Source: Oscillospiraceae bacterium (GTDB lineage: Bacteria > Bacillota > Clostridia > Oscillospirales > CAG-272). Taken from it: a stretch of 64,000 nucleotides of DNA. The notes below the pieces were generated by a model. That model was not told the origin of the DNA and made no database searches. It saw nothing but the letters and a program-made list of their open reading frames with translations. The DNA lies in assembly GCA_015064395.1 (NCBI GenBank), contig SVSH01000003.1, forward strand, positions 46,328-110,327, given 5' to 3'. The translations under genes were made by a program, and so were the position numbers. Shown one piece after another: positions 17,866 to 28,172 of the stretch. Numbering within the stretch: position 1 is the first letter of the stretch; every line of letters begins with the position of its first letter.

Positions 17866-20430
17866 TTATTTCGCGTCGTACCAGTTTTCTCCCACGGCCA
17901 CGCTGACATCCAGCGGAACGCAGAGAGAGACGGCGTTTTCCATTTCCTCACGGAGCAGTGCCAATGCTTCATCGCGGCAGTCGGCGGCGGCTTCGATGAG
18001 TAACTCGTCATGCACCTGAAGGATGAGCTTGGCGTCCATGCCGCTTTCTTTTAAGCGACGGTGAACGGCGATCATGGCCAGTTTGATGATATCGGCGGCC
18101 GAACCCTGGATGGGGCTATTCATGGCCACGCGCTCACCAAAGTGCTGTACCATCTTATTGGACGAGGAAAGCTCGGGGATATAGCGGCGACGACCCAGCA
18201 TGGTCGTGACGTACCCTTGCTCGGCGGCGCTCTTTTTGATGTCGTGCAGATACGCGTCGATCTTAGGATAGGAGGACAGATAGTTGTCGATATATTCCTT
18301 GGCCTGTTTGCGGGTAATGTGCAGATCCTCGGCAAGAGAAAAATCTCCCATACCGTAAAGAATGCCGAAATTGACCGCCTTGGATCGCTTGCGCATCTCA
18401 ATCGTGACGTCCTCAGGCGCGACACCGAACACCTTGGACGCAGTGGAGGTATGAATATCCTGTCCCTCGCGGAAGGCACGGCACATGTTTTCGTCCTCGG
18501 TCAGTGCGGCCAAAAGGCGTAATTCGATCTGGGAATAGTCGGCATCGATCAGGACGTATCCCGGTTTGCTTGGAATAAAGAAACGGCGCAGTTCCCTGCC
18601 AAGTTCTGTGCGAATGGGGATATTTTGCAGATTGGGCTCTGCCGAGGAAAGACGTCCCGTGGCCGTACCCGTCTGCTTGAAGGTGGTATGAACCTGGCCG
18701 TCCTCATCCACAACACGCAACAGGCCATCGACATAGGTGCTCTTAAGCTTAGTCACCTGGCGGTAATCCAGGATATCCTCGATGATCGGATGATAGGGGC
18801 GCAGCTTTTCCAAAACCTCTGCGCTGGTGGAATAGCCCGTTTTGGTTTTTTTAGGGGCAGGCAGACGGAGACCGTCCTCGCCGAACAGCACCTCACCCAG
18901 CTGCTTGGGGGAATTGAGATTGAACTGCTTGCCGACGTAGGTGAACACGCGGCTCTCCAACTCAGCGGCCACCGTATCCAGCTGTTCACCATACGCACGG
19001 ATGCCCTCGCAGTTGAGACGGAAGCCTTCCCGCTCCATATCGGTCAACACCGCGCAAAGCGGCATTTCAATATCATAAAGAACGTGGCTCTGCTCGCTCT
19101 CCTCTACCTTTTGTACCAACGCAGGATACAGGCGATAGGCAGTTTGTGCCATGCAGGTCTGTTCCGTGAGCACCTCGCCAAGATATGCCAGTGCAAGGCG
19201 GGGCGCATCGTATGCACCGTCTCCTGCGTTGATGACGTAGGCCGCCAGCATGGTATCAAAGGCGCAATTTCTGAAATGCACGCCATGCCTGTCCAGAGCG
19301 TGGTAGAGGGCCTTGGCATCGTGGCAGATGACTTTCTCACATCGAGCCAGAAAGTCGCTCAAAAAGGCTTTATCGGGCTCCTCAAGGCCATCCATGGGGA
19401 GAGAGGCATGGGTTTGTCCGTCGTAAAAGGCAATTCCCTCTCCGCCATATGCCATACCAAACGACTCCGTCAAAGAAAACAGGCTCGGAAGCTCCTTCGC
19501 CGTCACAATCTTGGACGGTTGGGTCGGCTTCTCTTCTGCCTCCACTCCTTTGGTGGCATCCGCCTCGGTCAAGCCCATGCGTTTGATATGCGCGGAAAAC
19601 TCCAAGCGAGTAAAGAGGGCGAGAGCCATAGGACGGTCAACGCCGTCAGTTTGGTATGCGGCAAGTGTTTCGTCCAGGGGGACTTCCCGACAGATGCGGG
19701 CCAGCTTTTGGGAAAGATACGCGCTGTCTCGTCCCGCCTCCAGCTTGGAGCGGACCGACGGCGTCAGCTTTGCCGTGGGGAGTGCCTCGTACACGCCGTC
19801 GAGGGAGCCGTAGTCGGCGATCAGCTTAAGCGCCGTCTTTTCGCCAATGCCCGGTACGCCGGGAATATGGTCAGACGCATCGCCCATCAACGCCTTAACG
19901 TCGACATACTGGTCCGGCCTGACACCATATTTCTCAAAAAACACCGTTTCAGTGTAATCAATGGTATCGTTATTGGTGGCCAGGAGAACGTGGACACAGG
20001 GGTCGATCAGCTGCAAGGCGTCTCTGTCTCCCGTGACCAGGTAACACGGCATATGCTGTCTTGCGGCATGTGTGGCGATGGTACCGAGTATATCATCCGC
20101 CTCATAGCCTTCCATTTCCAAGACGTGAAAGCCAAGGGCACGGGCGCACTGCTTGGCAAGATCAAACTGGGCAAGCAGCTCTTCCGGCGTTGGGCGGCGG
20201 CCTGCCTTATATTCGTCATACATCTTATGGCGGAAGGTGGGGGCCTTGAGGTCAAAGGCAATCACCGCATATTCGGGCGAAAGTGCCTCGAAATGACGGC
20301 TGATGATGTTGATCATTCCGTATATGGCATTGGTCGGCTGGCCGTCGCGGGTAGACAGCGCACGGATGCCGTAAAAGGCACGGTTGAGTATACTGTTTCC
20401 GTCAACGACAAGGACTGTTTTTTCATTCAT
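17866..20430 (-). CDS. polA: DNA polymerase I
   Basis: 854 aa. N-terminal 5'-3' exonuclease (VVDGNSILNRAFYG...) and C-terminal family A polymerase motifs (...DYSQIELRLLA..., ...RRSKAVNFGILYG..., ...QVHDELL...). Confidence 0.95.
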   Translation of the reverse strand: MNEKTVLVVDGNSILNRAFYGIRALSTRDGQPTNAIYGMINIISRHFEALSPEYAVIAFDLKAPTFRHKMYDEYKAGRRPTPEELLAQFDLAKQCARALGFHVLEMEGYEADDILGTIATHAARQHMPCYLVTGDRDALQLIDPCVHVLLATNNDTIDYTETVFFEKYGVRPDQYVDVKALMGDASDHIPGVPGIGEKTALKLIADYGSLDGVYEALPTAKLTPSVRSKLEAGRDSAYLSQKLARICREVPLDETLAAYQTDGVDRPMALALFTRLEFSAHIKRMGLTEADATKGVEAEEKPTQPSKIVTAKELPSLFSLTESFGMAYGGEGIAFYDGQTHASLPMDGLEEPDKAFLSDFLARCEKVICHDAKALYHALDRHGVHFRNCAFDTMLAAYVINAGDGAYDAPRLALAYLGEVLTEQTCMAQTAYRLYPALVQKVEESEQSHVLYDIEMPLCAVLTDMEREGFRLNCEGIRAYGEQLDTVAAELESRVFTYVGKQFNLNSPKQLGEVLFGEDGLRLPAPKKTKTGYSTSAEVLEKLRPYHPIIEDILDYRQVTKLKSTYVDGLLRVVDEDGQVHTTFKQTGTATGRLSSAEPNLQNIPIRTELGRELRRFFIPSKPGYVLIDADYSQIELRLLAALTEDENMCRAFREGQDIHTSTASKVFGVAPEDVTIEMRKRSKAVNFGILYGMGDFSLAEDLHITRKQAKEYIDNYLSSYPKIDAYLHDIKKSAAEQGYVTTMLGRRRYIPELSSSNKMVQHFGERVAMNSPIQGSAADIIKLAMIAVHRRLKESGMDAKLILQVHDELLIEAAADCRDEALALLREEMENAVSLCVPLDVSVAVGENWYDAK

Positions 20431-20486
20431 TTATGGCACCGCTTTCCGACAAAAGCCCTACAAGGCTCTCGTCCCATATTGCTATT

Positions 20487-20516
20487 AGTATACCATTCTT
20501 TGGCTCATTTTGTCAA
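20487..20516 (-). promoter_or_regulatory. Candidate sigma-A promoter for polA
   Basis: Minus strand TTGACA (20516..20511), 18 nt spacer, TATACT (20492..20487). Confidence 0.45.
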
Positions 20517-20599
20517 GGGCTAGTCAGAATGGCAAAGCAAAAGCGGAGACCTACGGTGTACACAATGAGCGGTACAAACCGAAATCTCCGCTTGTTTGG

Positions 20600-20791
20600 T
20601 TATTCGAAATCCTCGTCCGAGTCGTCCTCGACCGGAACGCAATCAAAATCATCCTTGCCTGCGCCGCACAAGGGACACGTCCAATCGGGTGCAATGTCCT
20701 CAAAGTCGGTTCCGGCTTCAATGTCGTTTTCTGCGTCGCCCCGGCGGGGATCATATTCGTACCCGCACAACTGACAAATATGTTTCACCAT
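20600..20791 (-). CDS. Rubredoxin with an acidic C-terminal tail
   Basis: CQLCGY...CPLCG are the two CxxC pairs. Start at ATG 20791, 7 nt after GAGGAG. Confidence 0.85.
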   Translation of the reverse strand: MVKHICQLCGYEYDPRRGDAENDIEAGTDFEDIAPDWTCPLCGAGKDDFDCVPVEDDSDEDFE

Positions 20792-20980
20792 GATCATTCT
20801 CCTCGTTGCGTGATGGGAACATTATAATACTGACCCTGCCGGATGTCAACCTCCAATCGCAAAAAAATTCGCTGTTTTTTTCGTCATTTTTCTCGGCAGA
20901 TTTGTCACTATATACAACGCATCATCTCCGTCAAAGCAAGCGTTCTATCATCGCAAGATACGACATATAATGAAAAGAAA

Positions 20981-22585
20981 ATGGATGAATGGGAGGCGGT
21001 CTTCATACAGCAAAAGCGTCGTTTTATGATGCAGGGATTGCTTCTGAGCGGTGTTTCCCTGCTTTTGCGAAGCGTTGGTGTTCTGTCGCAAATGATCATC
21101 GCTTCCCGCGTGGGAGCAGAAGCGCTTGGGGTGTCCTCTTTGATCGGGGGTGTGGGCGGCTTTGCCGTGACGCTTGCCATGTCGGGGATTCAGCTGGGCT
21201 GTACCCGGCTTTGCGCGCAAGGATTGGGACGCCGGGACTCTGTCTTTGTCCATAGGTCTCTTCGTTGCAGTATCACGCACGCTCTTTTTTTCGGTCTTTT
21301 GTCAGCCACCATGCTCCTTCTCTTCGCGCCCACGATCGCTCAGCATTGGATCCGTGACGCACGCACCGTCCTCCCTTTGCGCATTTTGGGCATTTCTCTT
21401 CCCTTTATTGCACTGTCCGCCTGCCTGTCCGGCTACTTTGTTGCCGTCAGACGGGTGTACAAAAGCGCTTCGGTGCAGTTGCCTGAGGAAGTCATTCGCA
21501 TTGCGCTGACGCTGCTTTTATTGGATCGCTTGTCAGGACGAGGATTGGAAGGAGCTCTGCTGGCACTGGCCTTGAGCGCCACGTTGGCTGACGTATTCTC
21601 GGGCGTTGCTCTGACGATCCTTTATCTGTTCGACCGAAGCAAGCATTTCCCGAGCATGTCCCACAGCGCTTGCTCGATGTCATACGCGGAAATCGCGCGG
21701 AAACTGCTGGGCATCACCCTGCCGGTTGCCATAGCGGCCTACGCCCGCTCCGGGCTGATCACGTTGCAGCACACCTTCATTCCCATAGGTCTTGAACGCC
21801 ACGGTCACACCTCGAGCACCGCACTTGCGGCTTACGGCCAGGTGCAAAGCATGGCTCTTCCGGTTCTTTTGTTCCCCTGCGCCCTTCTTGGAGCCTTTGC
21901 CGGCTTACTCATTCCTGAGGTGACGGAGGCACACGTGCGCGGTGAGGACAGCAATATCCGCAGTATGACGCATACCGTTTTTCGCTGGACGCTTCTCTAC
22001 GCCATCGGTGCGTCGGGGCTGATGATCGCCTTCTCGCATGAGCTCGGCATGGCGCTCTACGACAGCCGCGAGGCGGCGGTCTACATTCGCCTGCTTGCCC
22101 CTCTTGTCCCCGTCATGTACATGGACAGCGCCACGGATGCCATTCTGAAGGGGCTGGGCGAGCAGGTGTATTCCATGAAGGTCAACATCATCGACGCCGC
22201 CGCGTCGCTCGCTCTTGTATGGTTACTGACGCCGACGCTTGGTATTATGGGCTACATCATCGCTATATACGCCACCGAAATCCTCAACGCCGCCTTGAGC
22301 ATCGTGCGTCTCCTCAACCGAACCGATCTGCGCCCCGCCGTTATTTCCCTGGTAATCAAGCCGCTCCTCTCGATCGTAGGGGCTACCAGTATCACCAGAT
22401 TGATCTTTGCGCTCTGCCCGGTAGCCTTGACCCCCATCACGCAAACGGCACAGCTTGTGTTTCTCTTTTTGATGGCCCTGTTTTTATATGCCGTCCTGCT
22501 GCACGTGTTCGGCGCATTGAGAAAACGGGATACTCGCTGGATTGGGAGCTTTTTTATCAAAAACAATGACAGCCGCACACCGTAA
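20981..22585 (+). CDS. MOP-superfamily flippase (polysaccharide biosynthesis / SpoVB-MurJ-like)
   Basis: About 14 TM helices and the typical N-terminus ...LLLRSVGVLSQMIIASRVGAEALG... The start is uncertain: I chose ATG 20981, while the ORF track begins at 20843. Confidence 0.65.
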   Translation: MDEWEAVFIQQKRRFMMQGLLLSGVSLLLRSVGVLSQMIIASRVGAEALGVSSLIGGVGGFAVTLAMSGIQLGCTRLCAQGLGRRDSVFVHRSLRCSITHALFFGLLSATMLLLFAPTIAQHWIRDARTVLPLRILGISLPFIALSACLSGYFVAVRRVYKSASVQLPEEVIRIALTLLLLDRLSGRGLEGALLALALSATLADVFSGVALTILYLFDRSKHFPSMSHSACSMSYAEIARKLLGITLPVAIAAYARSGLITLQHTFIPIGLERHGHTSSTALAAYGQVQSMALPVLLFPCALLGAFAGLLIPEVTEAHVRGEDSNIRSMTHTVFRWTLLYAIGASGLMIAFSHELGMALYDSREAAVYIRLLAPLVPVMYMDSATDAILKGLGEQVYSMKVNIIDAAASLALVWLLTPTLGIMGYIIAIYATEILNAALSIVRLLNRTDLRPAVISLVIKPLLSIVGATSITRLIFALCPVALTPITQTAQLVFLFLMALFLYAVLLHVFGALRKRDTRWIGSFFIKNNDSRTP

Positions 22586-22599
22586 TGACGTGCGGCTGT
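22569..22599. terminator. Hairpin between convergent genes
   Basis: ACAGCCGCAC-ACCGTAATGAC-GTGCGGCTGT. It overlaps the flippase stop. Confidence 0.55.
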
Positions 22600-22610
22600 T
22601 CGTTATAAAA

Positions 22611-23531
22611 TTAAGGCTTTATAGTTTGGCTTCCGCCCCACTCCACGACGGTAAAGCCGTGGCGGTCGAAGCCATGGAAGGTCTGGGGCTCGATAGCCAC
22701 CGCTGTGTCAGTGGCATAGTAAGCCATAAAGACACGGAGCAGACTGTCGGGGGCAGGCGTAATGTCAAGAGACACCCCTTCGGTGTATGTGGTGGTTTGG
22801 AAGGAAATGACGCTATAGGCGTTCTCCTGCATCAGGGGCAGCCAATAGACGATGAACTCGTTGGCTTCACGGGCTGTAAGTCCCTGTGCCGCCAGCGCCC
22901 ATTCAAGGAATTGGGCCGTGTCCTCTCCGCGCACGCAAAAGCCCTTTGAGAAATCCCAATCGGCTTGCTGAAGGCCCTCCCAGTAGAGCGCGTAATACTC
23001 CTTGCCGTCGGGAAAAACAAGTGTGCCGTCGGGGTAAGCCGTGAAATTCTGCCAACCGTGCTCGCCGTGGGCGGGATAGGTGCAGGTCAATTCCCCATTC
23101 AAGGTCACCTTGACCGAGCAGAGGGTGGGTGATTCAGGGTAGAGATAGATGATTGGCTTAGCATCCGGCGCATACGCAAATACCTTATCGGCATAAATTC
23201 TTACATTTTTCCACTTGTTGTAAGGGCGCTGGGCCTTGGAAAACTTGACTCCTACGAAATCTCCCACGCACCACTCATCCGCATCGTCAGTAATGACGTA
23301 TACGGTCTCACCCCAGGCATCTGCGTCTCTGGAATAAAGTTTCAGATCCAACACGCCCGATTCAAGCACTTCGACAACCTCACCAGCATTAATATACTCA
23401 TATTCATCCGGTTCCATGGTTATCGTTTCCATTCGCCAATCGGGAATATACGAGAGCCCCGTTTTCTTTTGGCATCCAATCAATCCAAAGCAAAGCAAAA
23501 AGACAAGACATAAACAAATGATTTTTTTCAT
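22611..23531 (-). CDS. Lipoprotein of unknown function
   Basis: MKKIICLCLVFLLCFGLIGCQ (lipobox LIGC) and AAGGAG SD. I recognise no family. Confidence 0.6.
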   Translation of the reverse strand: MKKIICLCLVFLLCFGLIGCQKKTGLSYIPDWRMETITMEPDEYEYINAGEVVEVLESGVLDLKLYSRDADAWGETVYVITDDADEWCVGDFVGVKFSKAQRPYNKWKNVRIYADKVFAYAPDAKPIIYLYPESPTLCSVKVTLNGELTCTYPAHGEHGWQNFTAYPDGTLVFPDGKEYYALYWEGLQQADWDFSKGFCVRGEDTAQFLEWALAAQGLTAREANEFIVYWLPLMQENAYSVISFQTTTYTEGVSLDITPAPDSLLRVFMAYYATDTAVAIEPQTFHGFDRHGFTVVEWGGSQTIKP

Positions 23532-23672
23532 AGAAAAGCTCCTTTCGGGTCATATCGTTGCAGTTCTCACTGATATAGACGTAAAAAAAGTCAAAATGTT
23601 CCCGTTTTTTCAAAATAATTGAAAAAATTGCATTTGGACGATAAGAAACGATAAGGAAAATAAATGTAGCTA

Positions 23673-24494
23673 TTATCTCATGAAGATCTCAGCCAGCTTG
23701 ATCTTGAAGGCGGCGGCCAATTCACGCAGCATGGGGCGCGTGATGGTCTGCAGCTTGCTGTGGGAGACCGAGCGCACCTTGACGGCGATCTCGGCGCTCT
23801 TCTCGATGGTATGGCACAGGCCAAACGCTTCGTCGAAGGTCGTGCCCGACACGAAAATGCCGTGGTGCGCCCAAACGACGGCGTTGTAGTCCTTCATTTT
23901 CTTGGAGGTTGCTACAGCGATCTCCTTCTGCCCCGGGACCATCCAAGGCAGAACGCCGATGCCGTCGGGGAAAATGACGGGACATTCCGTCATCATCTGC
24001 CAGAGCTCCTTGGTAAAGGCGGCGTCGTTGAGGGGGAGCAAGAAGGTCAGCGCGATGAGGTTGGCAGGGTGGCTGTGATAAATGACGCGATTCTTAGAAC
24101 CCGTCGTTCCCTTTTTGACGGCGTGGTTCATCAGGTGCGCCGGCAATTCACTTGTGGGACGGCCGCCGCTTTCAAAGCCCCAGAGAATGCGGAACTTCTC
24201 GCCCGTGGGATCGACCTCGATGATGCCGCAGGTGTTGACGGTATCGTCCTTGATATGACGGAAGAAGCAGCCCGTACCGCTGACGAGAAAATACTCGCCG
24301 GCAAGCTCGGGGACCTCCGTTCCGATGTCCATCCAGGGGCGGCTGGGGAAAAGATGTGCACGGACCTCTTCGATCTCCTCGGGCAGGATCCAATACGACA
24401 GATTACCGCCGTTGCGCTCGTGATATCCGTGATTGTAGCCATCGTTTGCCATCTCGACAAACTGACGGACGAATTTTGCCTGTAAAACTTCCAT
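23673..24494 (-). CDS. rhaD: Rhamnulose-1-phosphate aldolase (class II aldolase)
   Basis: Class II aldolase/adducin fold, last gene of the rhaB-rhaA-rhaD order. Start at ATG 24494 behind AAGGAG, which removes the overlap with rhaA. Confidence 0.8.
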   Translation of the reverse strand: MEVLQAKFVRQFVEMANDGYNHGYHERNGGNLSYWILPEEIEEVRAHLFPSRPWMDIGTEVPELAGEYFLVSGTGCFFRHIKDDTVNTCGIIEVDPTGEKFRILWGFESGGRPTSELPAHLMNHAVKKGTTGSKNRVIYHSHPANLIALTFLLPLNDAAFTKELWQMMTECPVIFPDGIGVLPWMVPGQKEIAVATSKKMKDYNAVVWAHHGIFVSGTTFDEAFGLCHTIEKSAEIAVKVRSVSHSKLQTITRPMLRELAAAFKIKLAEIFMR

Positions 24495-24513
24495 TGCTTT
24501 CCTACTCCTTGTC

Positions 24514-25761
24514 TCAACGTGCAAGCTGTACGTCTTGCTCATACTTCATAATGCGATCGAACCATTCGCCATCCTCGGGCACACCGGCGCGGCGGCAGAA
24601 CTCTGCCCAGACCTCGCCCGTGGGCAACGTCTTCCACTCCTCCTGGCGGACAAGCAGCTCGGTCATGCGGCCCGCGTTCTGCATCGCCTTCCAGGCATCG
24701 TGCGGCATCAGCATCGCCTCCAGCAGTGCCTTGCGGAAGTTACGTGCGCCGACGATCCACGCTGCGACACGGTTGATGCTGGCGTCAAAATAGTCCAGAG
24801 CAAGCGCAAAATCACCGACGCGGCCGCTGGCCACGATCTCCTTGGCGATCTCGCGGGTCTCGTCGTCAAGTCTGACCACGTGGTCGGAGTCCCAACGCAC
24901 GGCACGGGTAACGTGAAGGGCGACCTTTTCGTTAAACAAAAGCAGAGAGGATATCTTATCCGACACCATTTCGGTGGGATGATAGTGACCGTTGTCCATC
25001 AAGGGCATGATGCCCTTCTTGGCGGCATAGCTCAGGGTGAACTCGGCAGAGCCGACCGTGTAGGATTCAAGACCGATGCCAAACACCTTGGATTCCAGGC
25101 AAGGATAGACCAGCGTGCGGTCATACGGCTCGGCCAGCATTTCGTCCAGCGAGCGGGCAAAGCGCTCACGGGGGGCGATACGGTCGGCGGGAATGTCCTT
25201 ATAGCCGTCGGGGATCCAAATGTTCATGACACAGGGAATGCCCGTCTCGCGTGCAAAATATTCCGAAATACGAAGGCAGCACTTGCCGTGCTCCACCCAG
25301 AATTTGCGGATATCCTCGTCGGGCGAGGAGAGCGTGAACTCGCTGGCCTTGGGATGCGAGAAGAAGGTGGGGTTGAAGTCGATGCCCATGCCCCGTTCCT
25401 TGGCGAACGCGACCCAAGGAGCAAAATGCTTGGGCTCCAGTGCGTTGCGATCCGCGTATTCGCCCTTCTCAAAAATGGCGTAGCTGGCGTGCAGGTTGAG
25501 CTTGATGACGCCGCCGATGTTTTTGATGGCCACGTCCATATCAGCCATGAGCTGCTCGGGAGTCTTGGCCTTACCGGGATAGTTGCCCGTCGTCTGGATG
25601 CCGCCCGAAAGGGCCATATCCGAGTCAAAGCCGCCGACGTCATCGCCTTGCCAGCAATGCAGAGAGATGGGAATATTGCGAACGTTTTCGATCACCGCGT
25701 CGGTGTCGATACCAAGAGCGGCGAATTTTTCTTTTGCATAAGTATAAGCATCAAAAGCCAT
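24514..25761 (-). CDS. rhaA: L-rhamnose isomerase
   Basis: 415 aa. N-terminus ...IPISLHCWQGDDVGGF... is typical of RhaA. Confidence 0.9.
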   Translation of the reverse strand: MAFDAYTYAKEKFAALGIDTDAVIENVRNIPISLHCWQGDDVGGFDSDMALSGGIQTTGNYPGKAKTPEQLMADMDVAIKNIGGVIKLNLHASYAIFEKGEYADRNALEPKHFAPWVAFAKERGMGIDFNPTFFSHPKASEFTLSSPDEDIRKFWVEHGKCCLRISEYFARETGIPCVMNIWIPDGYKDIPADRIAPRERFARSLDEMLAEPYDRTLVYPCLESKVFGIGLESYTVGSAEFTLSYAAKKGIMPLMDNGHYHPTEMVSDKISSLLLFNEKVALHVTRAVRWDSDHVVRLDDETREIAKEIVASGRVGDFALALDYFDASINRVAAWIVGARNFRKALLEAMLMPHDAWKAMQNAGRMTELLVRQEEWKTLPTGEVWAEFCRRAGVPEDGEWFDRIMKYEQDVQLAR

Positions 25762-25776
25762 GTTAATATCCTCACT

Positions 25777-27183
25777 TTATATCGTTACGATGGTTTGTTT
25801 GACGTCAAAGGAACGGGCGACGGTATCTCTTGCCTCTCTCCGATCGGAGAAGATGCCCGTGGCTAGCATCTGACAGAGCAGATTGCCCGTTGCCGTGGCC
25901 TCCACCACGCCGGTGTAGACCTGGCGACCGCTGATCTTGGCGGTCAGCTCGTTCAGATAGGTATCCTGACTTCCGCCGCCGATGATGTAGAGTGCCCCGA
26001 GCTCTCGTCCCGTGCGAGCCTCCAATTCATCCAGCGTATCTCGGTAAGCCTCGGCCAGGCTGTAATAGATAACAGCCAAAACCTCACAAAGCTCCATGTT
26101 CGGCTTGCCGCAAGCGGTCTTAACCGCCTCTATCATACTCTCCGGTGCCAAAAAGGCATCATCGTTGACGTTCACGCGGCAATCGGGCTCGCCATACGCC
26201 CTTGCTATGGCAGACAACGCTCCAAAGCCGTAGCGTCCGTCCAACTCACGGCGGACCGATTGGATCATCCAAAGGCCCATAATGTTTTTGAGGTAGCGGT
26301 AACGCATATCATAGCCGCCCTCGTTGGTAAAGTTGGAGCGGCGAGAGTTCTCGTCGTTGGCAGGCTCGGTGCGTTCCACGCCCATGAGCGACCAGGTGCC
26401 TGAGCTGAGATAGGCGGCATCCTCGCGTTCGGTGGGGAGCGCCAACACGGCAGAGGCGGTATCGTGAGAGGGCGGCAGGATGACCTGCAGGTCAAAGCCG
26501 ATCTGTTGCACGATCTCCGGCTTCAAGCCGCCAAGGATCGTACCGGGACGAGAGATGGCCGGGAAAATATCAGAAGGATATCCCAGCTTTTGTAACAGTT
26601 CCCTATCCCAATCTCCTGTCTTAACATCCACAAGAGCGGTCGTGGAGGCGTCGGTATATTCCACGGCGCGCTGTCCCGTCAGGCAGTAATTGAGATAATC
26701 GGGGACCATCAAAAAGGTCTTGGCACGCGCGAGCTCGTCCGGCTTTTGCAATTTGTGTGCCATCAACTGATAAACCGTATTGAAGGACAGCTTTTGAATG
26801 CCCGTGCGGCGGTACAGCTCCTCATCGGGCACCAGGCGGCGGACCTCTTCATCCATGCCGACGGTGCGATCGTCGCGATAAGCCGTCAGAGCGCCGATCA
26901 GCTCCCCTTTTTCATCCAACAGGGCGTAATCCACGCCCCAGGTATCAATGGCCATATAGGAAGGAATTTTGCCCTTGTCGCGGCAGGCTGCAAGCCCTGC
27001 GATCAGATGGTGATACAGCGCCTCGCCGTCCCAACACAGCGAACCGTTCTTGGGAGATGCACCGTTGGGAAAACGGTAGATCTCCTCCAGGCAAAGCTTA
27101 TCGTTCTCCATCCAGCCAAGCATATGCCGACCGCTGGACGCGCCGATATCCACGGCAAGATAATACGTCTTTTGTTCTGCCAT
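25777..27183 (-). CDS. rhaB: Rhamnulokinase (FGGY family)
   Basis: YYLAVDIGASSGRHMLG is the FGGY N-terminal motif. Start at ATG 27183 behind AGGAGG. Confidence 0.85.
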   Translation of the reverse strand: MAEQKTYYLAVDIGASSGRHMLGWMENDKLCLEEIYRFPNGASPKNGSLCWDGEALYHHLIAGLAACRDKGKIPSYMAIDTWGVDYALLDEKGELIGALTAYRDDRTVGMDEEVRRLVPDEELYRRTGIQKLSFNTVYQLMAHKLQKPDELARAKTFLMVPDYLNYCLTGQRAVEYTDASTTALVDVKTGDWDRELLQKLGYPSDIFPAISRPGTILGGLKPEIVQQIGFDLQVILPPSHDTASAVLALPTEREDAAYLSSGTWSLMGVERTEPANDENSRRSNFTNEGGYDMRYRYLKNIMGLWMIQSVRRELDGRYGFGALSAIARAYGEPDCRVNVNDDAFLAPESMIEAVKTACGKPNMELCEVLAVIYYSLAEAYRDTLDELEARTGRELGALYIIGGGSQDTYLNELTAKISGRQVYTGVVEATATGNLLCQMLATGIFSDRREARDTVARSFDVKQTIVTI

Positions 27184-27258
27184 AAGGACCTCCTGTAAGG
27201 CAAAATTACGCAGATATATGATAGCACATTTCCTCATAGGCGTCAAGGGTTATGCGAC

Positions 27259-27296
27259 AAAAAAAGAGGAACATATCTTTGGGATATGCTCCTCTT
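27259..27296 (-). terminator. Intrinsic terminator ending the long minus-strand array, after smpB
   Basis: Minus strand AGAGGAGCATATC-CCAAA-GATATGTTCCTCT followed by TTTTTTT. Confidence 0.8.
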
Positions 27297-27299
27297 GAT

Positions 27300-27773
27300 T
27301 CAATCCGTATATTGCTTGCTTTTCATTTGTCTGTCGATGTCGCGGCTGGCCTGCTTTTCGGCAGCGGCATCGCGCTTGTCGTACAGCTTTTTGCCCCGAC
27401 AAAGTCCCACCTGGACCTTGACGTTGGATCCCTTGAAATACAGCTGAAGCGGCACCAAGGTATAGCCCTTTTGGGCTACCAGGCCAAACAGCTTAAGGAT
27501 CTCGCGCTTGTGCATCAGCAGTTTTCTGGGACGCAGAGGGTCTCGGTTGAAGATATTGCCGTGCTCATAGGGGCTGACGTGCATCTGACGCACGAACAAT
27601 TCGCCGTTGTCGATGGAACAGTACGAATCCTTGAGATTGACGTTGCCCGCCCGCAGGCTCTTGACCTCGGTGCCAAACAGTTCGATCCCGGCCTCGTACG
27701 TTTCCTCGACAAAATATTCATGCCACGCTTTTTTGTTTTGCGCGATGATCTTACCGGTTGCTTTTTTCTCCAT
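27300..27773 (-). CDS. smpB: SsrA-binding protein SmpB
   Basis: ...[32 protein letters not shown]...LLMHKREI... Start at ATG 27773. Confidence 0.95.
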   Translation of the reverse strand: MEKKATGKIIAQNKKAWHEYFVEETYEAGIELFGTEVKSLRAGNVNLKDSYCSIDNGELFVRQMHVSPYEHGNIFNRDPLRPRKLLMHKREILKLFGLVAQKGYTLVPLQLYFKGSNVKVQVGLCRGKKLYDKRDAAAEKQASRDIDRQMKSKQYTD

Positions 27774-27783
27774 CACCCGCACC

Positions 27784-28113
27784 TCACTTCTGCCCCGAGG
27801 CTGACTGATCAGAATAGATGATCGTGTCATCCGGGAAAACAAGGTTGAACTTCTCACGGGCGATACGAACAATATCCTCGTAATCGATCGAGCCGTTGCT
27901 GTAATGGTTCATTTTATCGATCTGAGCCTGATATTGCTCCTTTTGATTTTCCAGATCCTTCTTTTGCTCGTTAAGCCTCGTATATTCCAGCATACGCGAC
28001 GCAAACACAGCGACCGAGATCACCAAAATCAGCAAAAGAAAGCAGCGAAGTCCCAAGCTAAGACTTGCATTTCTTTTGCGTACAGGCACGCTGCCGTTAT
28101 TGTTCTCATCCAT
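27784..28113 (-). CDS. divIC: Septum formation initiator family protein (DivIC/FtsB)
   Basis: Single TM helix plus a coiled coil and ...[16 protein letters not shown]... Position after yabP-yabQ matches Bacillus. Confidence 0.8.
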   Translation of the reverse strand: MDENNNGSVPVRKRNASLSLGLRCFLLLILVISVAVFASRMLEYTRLNEQKKDLENQKEQYQAQIDKMNHYSNGSIDYEDIVRIAREKFNLVFPDDTIIYSDQSASGQK

Positions 28114-28172
28114 GGGAGTTCCCTCCTTTCTTCATCCTTTATCATTGCCAAGGCAAGCCTTGGATTATCTTC

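Noticed and set aside
18625-20523. 632-aa ORF antisense to polA. Similar long antisense ORFs: 660..1766, 24535..25866, 36804..38066, 40058..41125, 45666..46808, 32751..33956
   Set aside because: All lie opposite genes with strong family signatures, and none has a plausible RBS or domain content.
27300-27900. tmRNA (ssrA) expected next to smpB
   Set aside because: Downstream of smpB there is only a terminator and then rhaB. I see no tRNA-Ala-like acceptor/T-arm or tag reading frame.
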